From IMG/VR virus record IMGVR_UViG_3300028591_008352, positions 13,106 to 77,105 of that record: a DNA stretch of 64,000 bases. The stretch is one strand, 5' to 3'. Source of the DNA: a virus. Lineage: Duplodnaviria; Caudoviricetes. The notes beneath the pieces are model-generated. The model saw nothing but the letters and a program-made list of their open reading frames with translations, searched no databases and was not told where the DNA came from. A program made the translations under genes and the position numbers. Positions 38,165-47,141 of this stretch are shown here, one piece after another. The stretch's first letter is position 1, and every line of letters starts with the position of its first letter.

Positions 38165-40897
38165 ATGGCAGAAGAGAACGATAGCATTTTACATAGAATA
38201 CCTTTTTCGGGAAAATTCTCCGACATTGCAAACTGGCTGAATGAAAACTTTCATCTGATAGAGCTGGCAATCAAGCAGAATACAGGTAAGAGCGCATACG
38301 AGGTATGGCGCGACTATACGGACGGACAGGGAAATCAGCCGAACATAGACAAGACCGAAGAGGAATTTCTTGCCTCATTGAAAGAAAGCGGCTACAAGAT
38401 GCAGGCGGTGACAGCTCGCCCGTCAACGATAGCAGGAATCGAAGCAGATACAATCTACATGTACCCTGACGGAACTGGGCAATTCTCGACTGCCATCTAT
38501 ACAGGCGACCTAAACAGTACGTATGACAGCACTAAATGGATTGTTTTGGCTACGAATCCGGGTGACTTGTCAGGTGCATTTTCTGACATTGAAGGGATTA
38601 AAGAGAATATAAGGAAAACACCTTCTATGGTCTCTAATATGGGAAGGAACCACGTATTTGTTTCCACTAATGATAATCCTGATGTAATCAATGTGTGTGA
38701 TGCAAAAGGTAATATTGCAATATCTGTAAGAAACGGACATCTCTACACAAAAAACGCCAACACGGAGGTACTTGGAAGTTTTAAAGAGAACGGCAACGGC
38801 GAATTTACCGTATCGGATGCAAGGGGCAATGTAGCTTTTAAGGTCAGTGAAAATGGCGTCTCATTAAAAAAGGGTATAGTTGACGAGTTGATTTTGGGCG
38901 GGAATAATATACTTGAGATGATAACCAGTCTCTCACGCGACACATTGAAATTCATCAATACGGATGAAGGTGATATTATCAGACTTATAGATAAACATGG
39001 GTATATCCTCGCTATTATCTCAGAAAATGGCATCACTACACGGAATAGTGCAAGTTCGGATATTGATATAACCGTTGCCAACTCTGACACTATTACTATT
39101 ATCGGTTCTTCGCTTGGCGAGACAGAAGGATATGGTACAACGATATTCCCTGCCAACAAACATTGGAGCGGCATAATATCAATGTATCTTGACTATCGAA
39201 TCCAGAATCTCTCTGTGTCTGGCTCAAACAAAATCACCGCGCTATATAAAATCAGGAAAGGTGATTGGAAGCCTATCGGTAGATATTGCCTTGTTGCCAA
39301 TGATGAGAACGTGCAATTCGATAGCCGCCAGCACACAATGGCATTAGACAATCTATGTAAGTGTCTGTTGTCTATTGGAATAGAACCAATTATCTGCACA
39401 TCATATCATAAAGATTGGTGTTTATCCTCTGCGTATAAAAATTATGCTAAAGAACATAACTACATGATGCTCGATGCTGCACATTATTGCAATAGTCTGA
39501 GAAGCGGAATCGTAGAAGAGTTCGATGATGGGGCGCATCTTCGCAGGAGAAATATACCGATGGTTGCTGATGCCTATATGCCACAGCTAATGATGATGGA
39601 GAACCCATTGCAGAGCGTCAAGGTGTTCAGGGTAAGGGACGCTTCTTTTAATGACCTTGACGAGCTTGTATTCACTTCCAACTTTGAGCGGGCAAAAATT
39701 TTTAGGGAGATAACGGTAAGCAGTTCGGCTAATATTGACGAATATTGCAAGTTGGCAGGAGGAAGCAGCATTAGCTTCAATAAGGTTGCACTCATCAGTT
39801 GTATTTTGCCAGCTATCGGTAAAAATGCGAACAATGTAAGATTGTCATTCGTCACAAATGACGACAACATTGCGGTGTATGCCAAAAATGACATGATAAG
39901 CCCATATCCTAACCCGACAAATGCAACAAGGGCAAGGTTTAGCATAGAAGATGAGATTGATGTCCCTTCTGTCGGTTCCGTCTATACTGTCGAAGGAAGT
40001 GACTATACTGTGACGGATATAATCATTGGTGAGAATAATTATTATTGCACCGTCTATTGCACTCCAAGCACGTTACCATCCACTCTCGAAGATGGTAATA
40101 TGACCAAGAAAAGCGGAGATGGTGATGAACAGATATATTATGCACTGGCAGAGCAAGCAACAGTGTCCGTCATGCAATTTGTCGAAAATGACAATAACGG
40201 ACATTATGTAGCTTTGACAAAATCTAACGGATATTATAGATTGCCAGACGAAGATGGATATATTGACTATGATAAGGTCAACTTTCTTATTGTTTCAAGT
40301 GGAACTTTTTCGTTGTCAGATATACATGTGATGCTAAGTGCATCGTCGAAAAAACAACGGAAAGACAGGATGTTGTTTGAATGGACTGATAATGATGAAC
40401 TGCCAACAGATGAATTGCTGCCGGAAACGAAATTCGGAAATGTAGGAACAAGCACAAGCTACTGGAGAAATGACAGCAATAGCCCCTTGATGTCGCAAAG
40501 TTCTTATGGAGAAAAATATCCGTCCGGGTGTTCGTCTCTTGTGCGCATATCAGATGTTGTAGCAATGAATTACACAGCACCATCCTCCTCTTTGGCGAAG
40601 AACGGAAAAATGTGGCTGGAGGTATGGTGTAGATATTTCCCGACTGCCCCATCTCCATACACGCAAGCTGGAGACACGGTAATTGACGATTCGAGTTATG
40701 ACTATTCCACATTATACGTCCAATTTGGAGAGATGAACAAGAAAGCGGTTGTGGAAAACGAAGTTGGACTAATGTGGAAAATAGTCAGAGTGCCTATAAC
40801 ATTGTATTACAACGCATCAACTCCGTCAATGCCAATCAGACTGTCTGCTTCTAAGGAGCTGGAGATTTGTAAAGTTTCCCTCAAATACGAATGTTAA
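38165..40897 (+). CDS. Tail-associated protein with SGNH-hydrolase-like domain
   Basis: GKSAYEVW...EEEFLASLK phage fibre motif; IIGSSLG, DDGAHL. Confidence 0.65.
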   Translation: MAEENDSILHRIPFSGKFSDIANWLNENFHLIELAIKQNTGKSAYEVWRDYTDGQGNQPNIDKTEEEFLASLKESGYKMQAVTARPSTIAGIEADTIYMYPDGTGQFSTAIYTGDLNSTYDSTKWIVLATNPGDLSGAFSDIEGIKENIRKTPSMVSNMGRNHVFVSTNDNPDVINVCDAKGNIAISVRNGHLYTKNANTEVLGSFKENGNGEFTVSDARGNVAFKVSENGVSLKKGIVDELILGGNNILEMITSLSRDTLKFINTDEGDIIRLIDKHGYILAIISENGITTRNSASSDIDITVANSDTITIIGSSLGETEGYGTTIFPANKHWSGIISMYLDYRIQNLSVSGSNKITALYKIRKGDWKPIGRYCLVANDENVQFDSRQHTMALDNLCKCLLSIGIEPIICTSYHKDWCLSSAYKNYAKEHNYMMLDAAHYCNSLRSGIVEEFDDGAHLRRRNIPMVADAYMPQLMMMENPLQSVKVFRVRDASFNDLDELVFTSNFERAKIFREITVSSSANIDEYCKLAGGSSISFNKVALISCILPAIGKNANNVRLSFVTNDDNIAVYAKNDMISPYPNPTNATRARFSIEDEIDVPSVGSVYTVEGSDYTVTDIIIGENNYYCTVYCTPSTLPSTLEDGNMTKKSGDGDEQIYYALAEQATVSVMQFVENDNNGHYVALTKSNGYYRLPDEDGYIDYDKVNFLIVSSGTFSLSDIHVMLSASSKKQRKDRMLFEWTDNDELPTDELLPETKFGNVGTSTSYWRNDSNSPLMSQSSYGEKYPSGCSSLVRISDVVAMNYTAPSSSLAKNGKMWLEVWCRYFPTAPSPYTQAGDTVIDDSSYDYSTLYVQFGEMNKKAVVENEVGLMWKIVRVPITLYYNASTPSMPIRLSASKELEICKVSLKYEC

Positions 40898-40914
40898 TTA
40901 AAAAAAATAAAATC

Positions 40915-41361
40915 ATGAACATTGTTATTCCAAACGCTGATTTCTCTTCCGTTGCCATAGGCAAGGTAGATATGAATGTAACGAAAATAGGCGATTATCA
41001 CGTCTATTCAGATAATGCCGGTAAATTGTATTACATCGGCAGTCAGTATTCTTCTATATTTGACGTTGAAGGATGCACGCAGATATACATTAAGGCTTCG
41101 GGTAAGTATGCGTCGTCTGCTGTAGCATCAAGACCTCATTGTATATTCTACAGTGAATATCCGGGCACCGACTTAACTGATGCAAGTGAGGCAAACGCAT
41201 TCAACGCATATCGTATTAGTGCAGAGATAGACACAGAAGCAACACTCGGTGATGTCTATGACTTCGAGGGTGTCGTGAGTGTCCCGACAGGTTCCAAGTG
41301 TGTATTACTACAATATCTAAGTAATTCTAATTACGATAAAGTTTGCATCAAGGAGTCGTAA
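40915..41361 (+). CDS. Hypothetical tail-region protein
   Basis: MNIVIPNADFS N-terminus. Confidence 0.65.
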   Translation: MNIVIPNADFSSVAIGKVDMNVTKIGDYHVYSDNAGKLYYIGSQYSSIFDVEGCTQIYIKASGKYASSAVASRPHCIFYSEYPGTDLTDASEANAFNAYRISAEIDTEATLGDVYDFEGVVSVPTGSKCVLLQYLSNSNYDKVCIKES

Positions 41362-41446
41362 CATTAAAACGATAAGCTATGAAATGTCTATGCTGTCAAT
41401 AATATGTTGGTTCGCATTAAAAGATAATGCTTAAAATTCTGAAAGT

Positions 41447-42826
41447 ATGCTGAACATTACACAAGGAAACCCGGTGCCGCTGGGGATACAGCTGCGGAGG
41501 AACGGGACGGACTTCGCCCCTGAGAGTGAGGGATTGCGCGTGCGGCTGACCGACTATTACGGCAGTCGGGCGATTGAGGACGTGACGGTGGCCGACTGTA
41601 AAATCCTGGCTACCGTCCCCGCTACGGTACGCGTGGGTAAGTACGGTATCGAGATTACCGGCACACAGGCTGGCAGTCCGTGGCGCACGAAGTATAATGA
41701 TGTGCTTAACATCACCGACGAGACGGTGGAGGACGTTAGCGACGAGCCTGTGACGATGACGGGCGACTACTACGACATCGTACTGACGGTAAACCTCTAT
41801 GGCGGCGGCGATTCGGCAGATCTGCTCGAAGAACTGGAACGGCTCAGGGGTGAGGTGACGAGTCTCACCGGGGAGCTGGCAGAGAAGGATGAGGTCATCA
41901 GCCAGAAGGACGCGGTGATCAGTCTGAAGGATGCCGTAATCAGCGAGAAGGACAGTACCATCAGCGGACTGCAGGGCGACCTGCAGGAGAGTCAGCAGCA
42001 GCTGTCGGACATGACCGACGAGCGCGACGATGCTGTGTATGTAATTGGGTCTTTCTTTGGAGGAACTGTTGTAAATCTTCCAGACAAAAGTTTCAATGTA
42101 AAATTTAGAGATCTGCCAGTTCCAACACAAATCGAAAGTTGTGGGAATTTCTTTCAAGGTACAAAACAAATAGAGAGTATAAATCTTGGAGGAATAACAA
42201 GGTTGGACGACAGTTGTTTTAGAGACTGCACCAGTCTTAATACAGTTGTTGGTGTTAATGTCATAGAATGTGGTACCAATATATTCTATGGTTGTACCAA
42301 TCTTGAAACAATTTCACTGCCGAAATTAGCAACAATATATAACCACGCCTCTAATTATGGCTATTTGTTCTATTCTTGTAGTGCAAAGCTTGAAACAATA
42401 GATTTACCTGCATTGGAAGAAGCGGGAGCATCTTCCTTTGCTTACTGCTCGAAGTTGAAAAGTGTAAGTCTGCCCAAATGTAAGACGTTTGGAAATTACT
42501 CTTTTCAAAATTGTACAGAATTGGAAGAAATATCTTTACCAGAAGCAACGTCAGCGGCCTATTCGACCTTTCAGGGTTGTAGCAAGTTAAAAAAAATCGA
42601 ATTTTTCAAGATTCTTTCATTTAGCATTGGTACCGCTACTACTAACAGCTCAGATTTGAAGCTCATACTAAGGAATCCATCTGTTGTAGCTCTTGTTTCT
42701 GCAGGATATATAGCAAGTAATTGTACAGTTTATGTGCCAGACGATCTATTATCCTCATATAAATCAGCCAGTAACTGGAAGAATATTGCCGGGCAGATTA
42801 GGGGACTGAGTGAGTATGTGGAATAA
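41447..42826 (+). CDS. BspA-type leucine-rich repeat protein with heptad stalk
   Basis: Repeated FxxCxxLxxIxLP units; C-terminal VYVPDDLLSSYKSASNW. Confidence 0.88.
   Translation: MLNITQGNPVPLGIQLRRNGTDFAPESEGLRVRLTDYYGSRAIEDVTVADCKILATVPATVRVGKYGIEITGTQAGSPWRTKYNDVLNITDETVEDVSDEPVTMTGDYYDIVLTVNLYGGGDSADLLEELERLRGEVTSLTGELAEKDEVISQKDAVISLKDAVISEKDSTISGLQGDLQESQQQLSDMTDERDDAVYVIGSFFGGTVVNLPDKSFNVKFRDLPVPTQIESCGNFFQGTKQIESINLGGITRLDDSCFRDCTSLNTVVGVNVIECGTNIFYGCTNLETISLPKLATIYNHASNYGYLFYSCSAKLETIDLPALEEAGASSFAYCSKLKSVSLPKCKTFGNYSFQNCTELEEISLPEATSAAYSTFQGCSKLKKIEFFKILSFSIGTATTNSSDLKLILRNPSVVALVSAGYIASNCTVYVPDDLLSSYKSASNWKNIAGQIRGLSEYVE
41885..41968 (+). repeat. Four 21-nt tandem units encoding KDxxIS heptads
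   Basis: KDEVISQ-KDAVISL-KDAVISE-KDSTISG. Confidence 0.8.
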
Positions 42827-42840
42827 TAAGTTTATGAGTT

Positions 42841-44058
42841 ATGAGAATACAACCAGATGAAGCCATCTCTCGCCTAAAAAAAGTAGGTGTGAAAGGAACA
42901 AGAAAAGTTCCAGCTTCAACACCCATAAAATTCGTTAGAGGTTTTGGTGATAATGAACACCACACTATCTATTTTTTAGGTCAGGGAAATAGAGTGTTTA
43001 TCACTCCAGCCGACGATTCAATCAGACCAGTATTAGCTGACTGCGAAAACTTGGATTTAACGGAAGAACTACCGCCATCATTAGTAGATTTACTTGGTGA
43101 ATATGACCGCCAAATCACCATGTACCAAAATAGCGGTATGTCTATGGAGGTAGGTGACGATATGCTGAGTGATGCAGACCGCCAAGCAGTTCAACCATTA
43201 TTGAAGACTGTCTGGTCACAAGGAGCACCATACAACGACAGACTATTGTTCAACGGTCAGAAGTGTCTGGTCGGATGCGTGGCTCTCAGTATGGCGCAAA
43301 TCATTTATTACTGGGGAAAGACTGGTAAAGATGGGAAATTGTATTACAGGGGATGCACTGCATGTCCTGCATATACGACGAGAACAAGTAAGTATAAGGT
43401 GGATGCCCTACCACCTATAACCAAGTTTGATTATAGTCACTTGACACAGAAGACACCTGCATCTGCGGCAAGCATAAAAGCTATGTCTGTATTCTTGGAG
43501 TATTGCGGTAAAGCTCTACAGAGCAATTACGGAACATCTGCCACATCTGCATATAATGTTTCAGCAAGGGACGTGTTAAAAACTCATTTCAGAATGGGCA
43601 ATCCTGTTATAATATATGCCAGTAGTGGAGAAGCAAAATTTGAGGAAAAGATTTACAACGAATTGGTCAATGGGAGACCAATTATGATTGCTGGATATAG
43701 AGCAGGTGGGTATGGTCACATGTTTAATTGCGATGGTGTTAAACATGATACTTATGGCGATACATATCATTTTAATTTTGGCTGGGGAGGTAATGGCGAT
43801 GGTTGGTATGCAATGACTGCTATAAAACCAAAGGCTGACAGAGAGTACACGATAAACCTCAGTGCCATAATAGGCATTGAGCCGACGTATATGCTTGGTG
43901 ACGCTAACGGTGACGGTAATATAGATATATCAGATGTTACTACTGTGGTACGTGACAGTTTGAATGGTAACAATAGAATTGAGAGTGACATCAACAACGA
44001 CGGTAAGGTGGATGTTTCCGATCTGACATTATTACAGAACAAATTATTAGGGAAATGA
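42841..44058 (+). CDS. C10 (streptopain-like) cysteine peptidase with C-terminal dockerin-like duplicated Ca-binding repeat
   Basis: GCVALSMAQI (Cys), GHMFNCDG (His), NFGWGG; GDANGDGNIDISD and DINNDGKVDVSD. Confidence 0.88.
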   Translation: MRIQPDEAISRLKKVGVKGTRKVPASTPIKFVRGFGDNEHHTIYFLGQGNRVFITPADDSIRPVLADCENLDLTEELPPSLVDLLGEYDRQITMYQNSGMSMEVGDDMLSDADRQAVQPLLKTVWSQGAPYNDRLLFNGQKCLVGCVALSMAQIIYYWGKTGKDGKLYYRGCTACPAYTTRTSKYKVDALPPITKFDYSHLTQKTPASAASIKAMSVFLEYCGKALQSNYGTSATSAYNVSARDVLKTHFRMGNPVIIYASSGEAKFEEKIYNELVNGRPIMIAGYRAGGYGHMFNCDGVKHDTYGDTYHFNFGWGGNGDGWYAMTAIKPKADREYTINLSAIIGIEPTYMLGDANGDGNIDISDVTTVVRDSLNGNNRIESDINNDGKVDVSDLTLLQNKLLGK

Positions 44059-44112
44059 AAGTAGTCTCCTGTTCGACAGCCAGAATAATTAAATACATAA
44101 TTTGAATTGATC

Positions 44113-44769
44113 ATGAGAAAGAGAGTTTTAATCATTATCGGCTTTGCTCACCTTCTGACCACACCAGGCAAGCGGTCGCCCGACGGAAAATTCCGCGAGG
44201 CCATCTACAGCCGTGAGGTGGGACGTGCCATCAAGGCCAATCTGGAAGCACTCGGCTATACCGTTGCTTTCGACTATGACGGTGACAAGCTGCCTAAGAC
44301 CATGCAGACGCCAATGGCCAAGCTGGAGCAGCAGCGGGAACTTGCCCTGCGTGTCGCCAATGTGAATCAGATGTGCAAGGATTACGGTGCAGCCAATGTC
44401 ATCTACATCAGCATCCATGTGAATGCTGCAGGGGCAGACGGCAAGTGGCATGAGGCCGGAGGGTGGCAGGTCAATGTGTCGCCAAAGGCTTCTTCCAAGA
44501 GTAAGCTTCTGGCAGGCTGTCTCTTCGACGCCGCCAAGGGCGTTGGTTTGAAGATGCGCCAGCCGTCGGCAAGCCAGAAATACTGGAACAACGCCGCGCT
44601 GTATATCCTAAGTAACACCGCATGTCCTGCCGTCCTTACTGAGAACCTGTTCCAGGACAACAAGGAAGATGTTGCCTTTCTCACATCTGACGAGGGCCGT
44701 CATGCCGTCGAGAGGCTGCATGTGGAGGGAATCGTTGACTACATAGAGAAAACCTATGGAAAAGCCTAA
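44113..44769 (+). CDS. Endolysin, N-acetylmuramoyl-L-alanine amidase (Amidase_3)
   Basis: ISIHVNA, AVLTENLF, TPGKRSPDGKFRE. Confidence 0.9.
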   Translation: MRKRVLIIIGFAHLLTTPGKRSPDGKFREAIYSREVGRAIKANLEALGYTVAFDYDGDKLPKTMQTPMAKLEQQRELALRVANVNQMCKDYGAANVIYISIHVNAAGADGKWHEAGGWQVNVSPKASSKSKLLAGCLFDAAKGVGLKMRQPSASQKYWNNAALYILSNTACPAVLTENLFQDNKEDVAFLTSDEGRHAVERLHVEGIVDYIEKTYGKA

Positions 44770-45034
44770 AGAGTTCAAGCGTGTAGAATTCGTGGAATAC
44801 ATGCCCCATGAGAAAGAGCCGGGAGTGCTTTATGTGAGTATGCGTTTCGGCCTGGTTATCTGCAAGTGTCCGTGCGGCTGTGGCATCGATGCGGTAATGC
44901 CTATCAAGCCCAAGTCATACGGATGGGACTACATCGAAAAGGACGGCAAGGTTACTCTATCCCCCTCTGTGGCTACCAACTGCCCAAACAAGGCGCACTT
45001 CTTTATTCGTGATAACAAAATCCAATGGTTATGA
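44756..45034 (+). CDS. DUF6527-like Cys/His protein
   Basis: EPGVLYVSM...CPCGCG...TLSPSV...C..HFFIR. Confidence 0.75.
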   Translation: MEKPKEFKRVEFVEYMPHEKEPGVLYVSMRFGLVICKCPCGCGIDAVMPIKPKSYGWDYIEKDGKVTLSPSVATNCPNKAHFFIRDNKIQWL

Positions 45035-45636
45035 AAAAGAGAATTGTTCCGCTCCTGCTTCTGGCATCCGTATTGCTGAATCTGGTGCTGCTGAATCAGA
45101 TGTTTAAGCCAGAGCAGGGAGAGGTGGTCACAGACACCACTACCGTTGTCAGCACATTTGTTCCCGATTCTGCTGCAGACAGCAGCTTTGTTGAGTGTAG
45201 GGACTATAAAATCCCTGCTTCAGCAATAAAAGTGCGTGGAAATGGAACGAAAGCTGTTAATTCTGGAACGAAAAGTGTTAATTCTGGAACAGAAACAGCA
45301 GAAAATGGAAATTTTCAGTCAGATTCTGTCAATTCCATGACCGACTCTCTTACTATCCAGATGAACGGTGACAGCGTGACCGTAACACTTCCTATTACTC
45401 AGAAGGTGTATTCTGATTCCACCTACACGGCATACGTCAGCGGATTTGATGCGAAGCTCGACAGCATCAGCGTGTATAGCAAGATGATCACCGTCACAAG
45501 AAGGGAGCCTACCCCGGCGTTCACATTAGGAGTGCAGGCTGGGTACGGAATAACCCCTGCAGGGATGCAGCCATACATCGGTTTGGGAGTCCAGTATAAC
45601 TTTTCCCTATCCAAAATTTGGCCATTCCGAAAATAA
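45031..45636 (+). CDS. Membrane-anchored lysis accessory (spanin-like) protein
   Basis: N-terminal TM; LPITQKVY.DSTYTAYVSG and GVQAGYG..QPYIGLGVQYN typical of Bacteroidetes phage lysis cassettes. Confidence 0.65.
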   Translation: MKKRIVPLLLLASVLLNLVLLNQMFKPEQGEVVTDTTTVVSTFVPDSAADSSFVECRDYKIPASAIKVRGNGTKAVNSGTKSVNSGTETAENGNFQSDSVNSMTDSLTIQMNGDSVTVTLPITQKVYSDSTYTAYVSGFDAKLDSISVYSKMITVTRREPTPAFTLGVQAGYGITPAGMQPYIGLGVQYNFSLSKIWPFRK

Positions 45637-45648
45637 TGACTACATTTG
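45617..45648 (+). promoter_or_regulatory. Consensus Bacteroidetes promoter TTTG-N20-TACATTTG
   Basis: -33 at 45617-45620, -7 at 45641-45648. Confidence 0.7.
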
Positions 45649-45653
45649 CACCG

Positions 45654-45726
45654 TCTGATAATGTTTTTAGGACATATCAGTATTGCGTATAGCCCCTGTG
45701 TCCTTCATCAGGCATGGGGGCTTTTT
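45654..45726 (+). ncRNA. Candidate two-hairpin sRNA of about 70 nt
   Basis: Between consensus promoter and terminator; CTGATA/TATCAG hairpin; no ORF completes before the terminator. Confidence 0.45.
45691..45726 (+). terminator. Intrinsic terminator at prophage end
   Basis: AGCCCCTGTGTC...GGCATGGGGGCT followed by TTTT. Confidence 0.8.
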
Positions 45727-45756
45727 CAGTCCGAAAAGAGCTGTTTTTCAACACTT

Positions 45757-45881
45757 TTGTTGCTGGATTGTTGCTCGGAGATTTGTGACAGCTTCAAAAT
45801 TTATTGATAATCAGGTGATTTACAGCTACTTACGTAATTTCTGCGTCGGCAAGTGACCCCTTATAAACAACTCTGAGCAAC
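45757..45881. other. Probable attR / element terminus
   Basis: Tandem TTGTTGCT (45757, 45768) and inverted GTTGCTCGGAG/CTCTGAGCAAC (45770, 45871) at the phage-to-host transition. Confidence 0.45.
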
Positions 45882-45900
45882 TTGGAGTAATTTGAACTAT

Positions 45901-45930
45901 AGGCCGTGTCAAAAGTAACAGACACGACCT
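45901..45930 (-). terminator. Hairpin after last minus-strand gene
   Basis: AGGCCGTGTC...GACACGACCT. Confidence 0.6.
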
Positions 45931-45968
45931 CTTCATTTATTATCATGGCCTCCCGATTTTTATAGCTC

Positions 45969-47141
45969 TTATTCTTCATCATCAGACTCCTCATCTGAAT
46001 CGTCAGAAGAAGGATAACGGTTCGGCATCATCATGGCTCTTTCTATCATAGCTTCATTGCCGAAATAGTTCTGCCCGAAGCGGTTCATATTGGTTCTGCC
46101 ACCGATGGCGGCTACACAGTTCATGGCATAGATATCATCGGGATGGTTCTCTATACGTTTTAGACATGAGACATAACACATCTTGCGGTACTCGTTGTAA
46201 TACTGGTTGGGTATGGACGAGTCTCTGGAACTGCCGAAATAAAGCCCTTGGTTAATCGCCCTCCACGTTATCCAGATGCGATGCAAGATTGGACTGTAGT
46301 TTCCGCTCTCCATCAGGGCACGTCCTACAGCAAGAATCCATTCGTCATCGATGTCGGATTTGTCGCAGTTCGCCCAATTCCGCCAGAGTGAGCATTGTTC
46401 GTCGAAGTTCCTGCAAGTTGCAAGTTCGCCTAACATGACTTCTATCTGGTCATCCTCACTGGCATCAAGATAATGCTGGAACTTCTCCATAACCATGCCC
46501 TCAGCAATGTCCATCACACTGTCCAAGGACTCGACAAAGGTTTCTTCGTCATCGTAGAACTTATATGCCTTGCTTTCGACAACATCGCCAAAGGAGATAA
46601 GCAAGTCCATCGGACTGAAATCCTCGTCCCATTTATCCGGCTCTGTCTTCATCAGTTTCAGGATGGAGTCCTCGAAGTCCTGTGCAGCCTTGCGCACCTC
46701 CTTGTCCTTGATTATATTGACGCTGACCGCCTTGATGCTATTCTTGACTTCATCATCGTAGCGTAACAGGTCTGCTGTGTGTCCTCTGTACCAAACCTCG
46801 TAGTTGCTCCAGACATTCCATGACAAGGCACAGCTGTTGTAGAAATCCTCGGCATTGGCAAGGAACGGCTGCTTTGAGCCTGCATATTCGGGAACACGCA
46901 ACACAAAAGCGGTGTCCTCAAACAAGTAGAACTCATCCTCTGGCAGTTCAAGATTCATCTTGGAGTATAAGATGGAATCCTTGTCCTCGCCTTCATAATG
47001 CTGATACCAATCGTATGCCTGGAGGATGGCAGACAAATCGACAGGGTCGCTGTAGTCAAACAGGTCTGATGGTTTTTCTTTTCCGCAGCTGATCAGGCTC
47101 ATGGCACAGCACATAGCCGTCAATAAATGTGTGAACTTCAT
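45969..47141 (-). CDS. Lipoprotein, unknown function
   Basis: Lipobox LISC; acidic, helical. Confidence 0.75.
   Translation of the reverse strand: MKFTHLLTAMCCAMSLISCGKEKPSDLFDYSDPVDLSAILQAYDWYQHYEGEDKDSILYSKMNLELPEDEFYLFEDTAFVLRVPEYAGSKQPFLANAEDFYNSCALSWNVWSNYEVWYRGHTADLLRYDDEVKNSIKAVSVNIIKDKEVRKAAQDFEDSILKLMKTEPDKWDEDFSPMDLLISFGDVVESKAYKFYDDEETFVESLDSVMDIAEGMVMEKFQHYLDASEDDQIEVMLGELATCRNFDEQCSLWRNWANCDKSDIDDEWILAVGRALMESGNYSPILHRIWITWRAINQGLYFGSSRDSSIPNQYYNEYRKMCYVSCLKRIENHPDDIYAMNCVAAIGGRTNMNRFGQNYFGNEAMIERAMMMPNRYPSSDDSDEESDDEE

Larger units (their letters stand above)
1..45881 (+). mobile_element. Prophage (siphovirus-like, Bacteroidales), left end outside window
   Basis: Syntenic terminase-portal-MuF-scaffold-capsid-neck-tail tube-TMP-tail-endolysin order; gene content and strand change after about 45.9 kb. 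Confidence 0.93.

Noticed and set aside
33582-42826. Diversity-generating retroelement targeting tail or LRR genes
   Set aside because: No reverse transcriptase and no template/variable repeat pair seen; an RT outside the window cannot be excluded
45661-45807. 48-codon ORF after the terminal promoter
   Set aside because: It crosses the terminator and putative att region, so the sRNA reading is preferred
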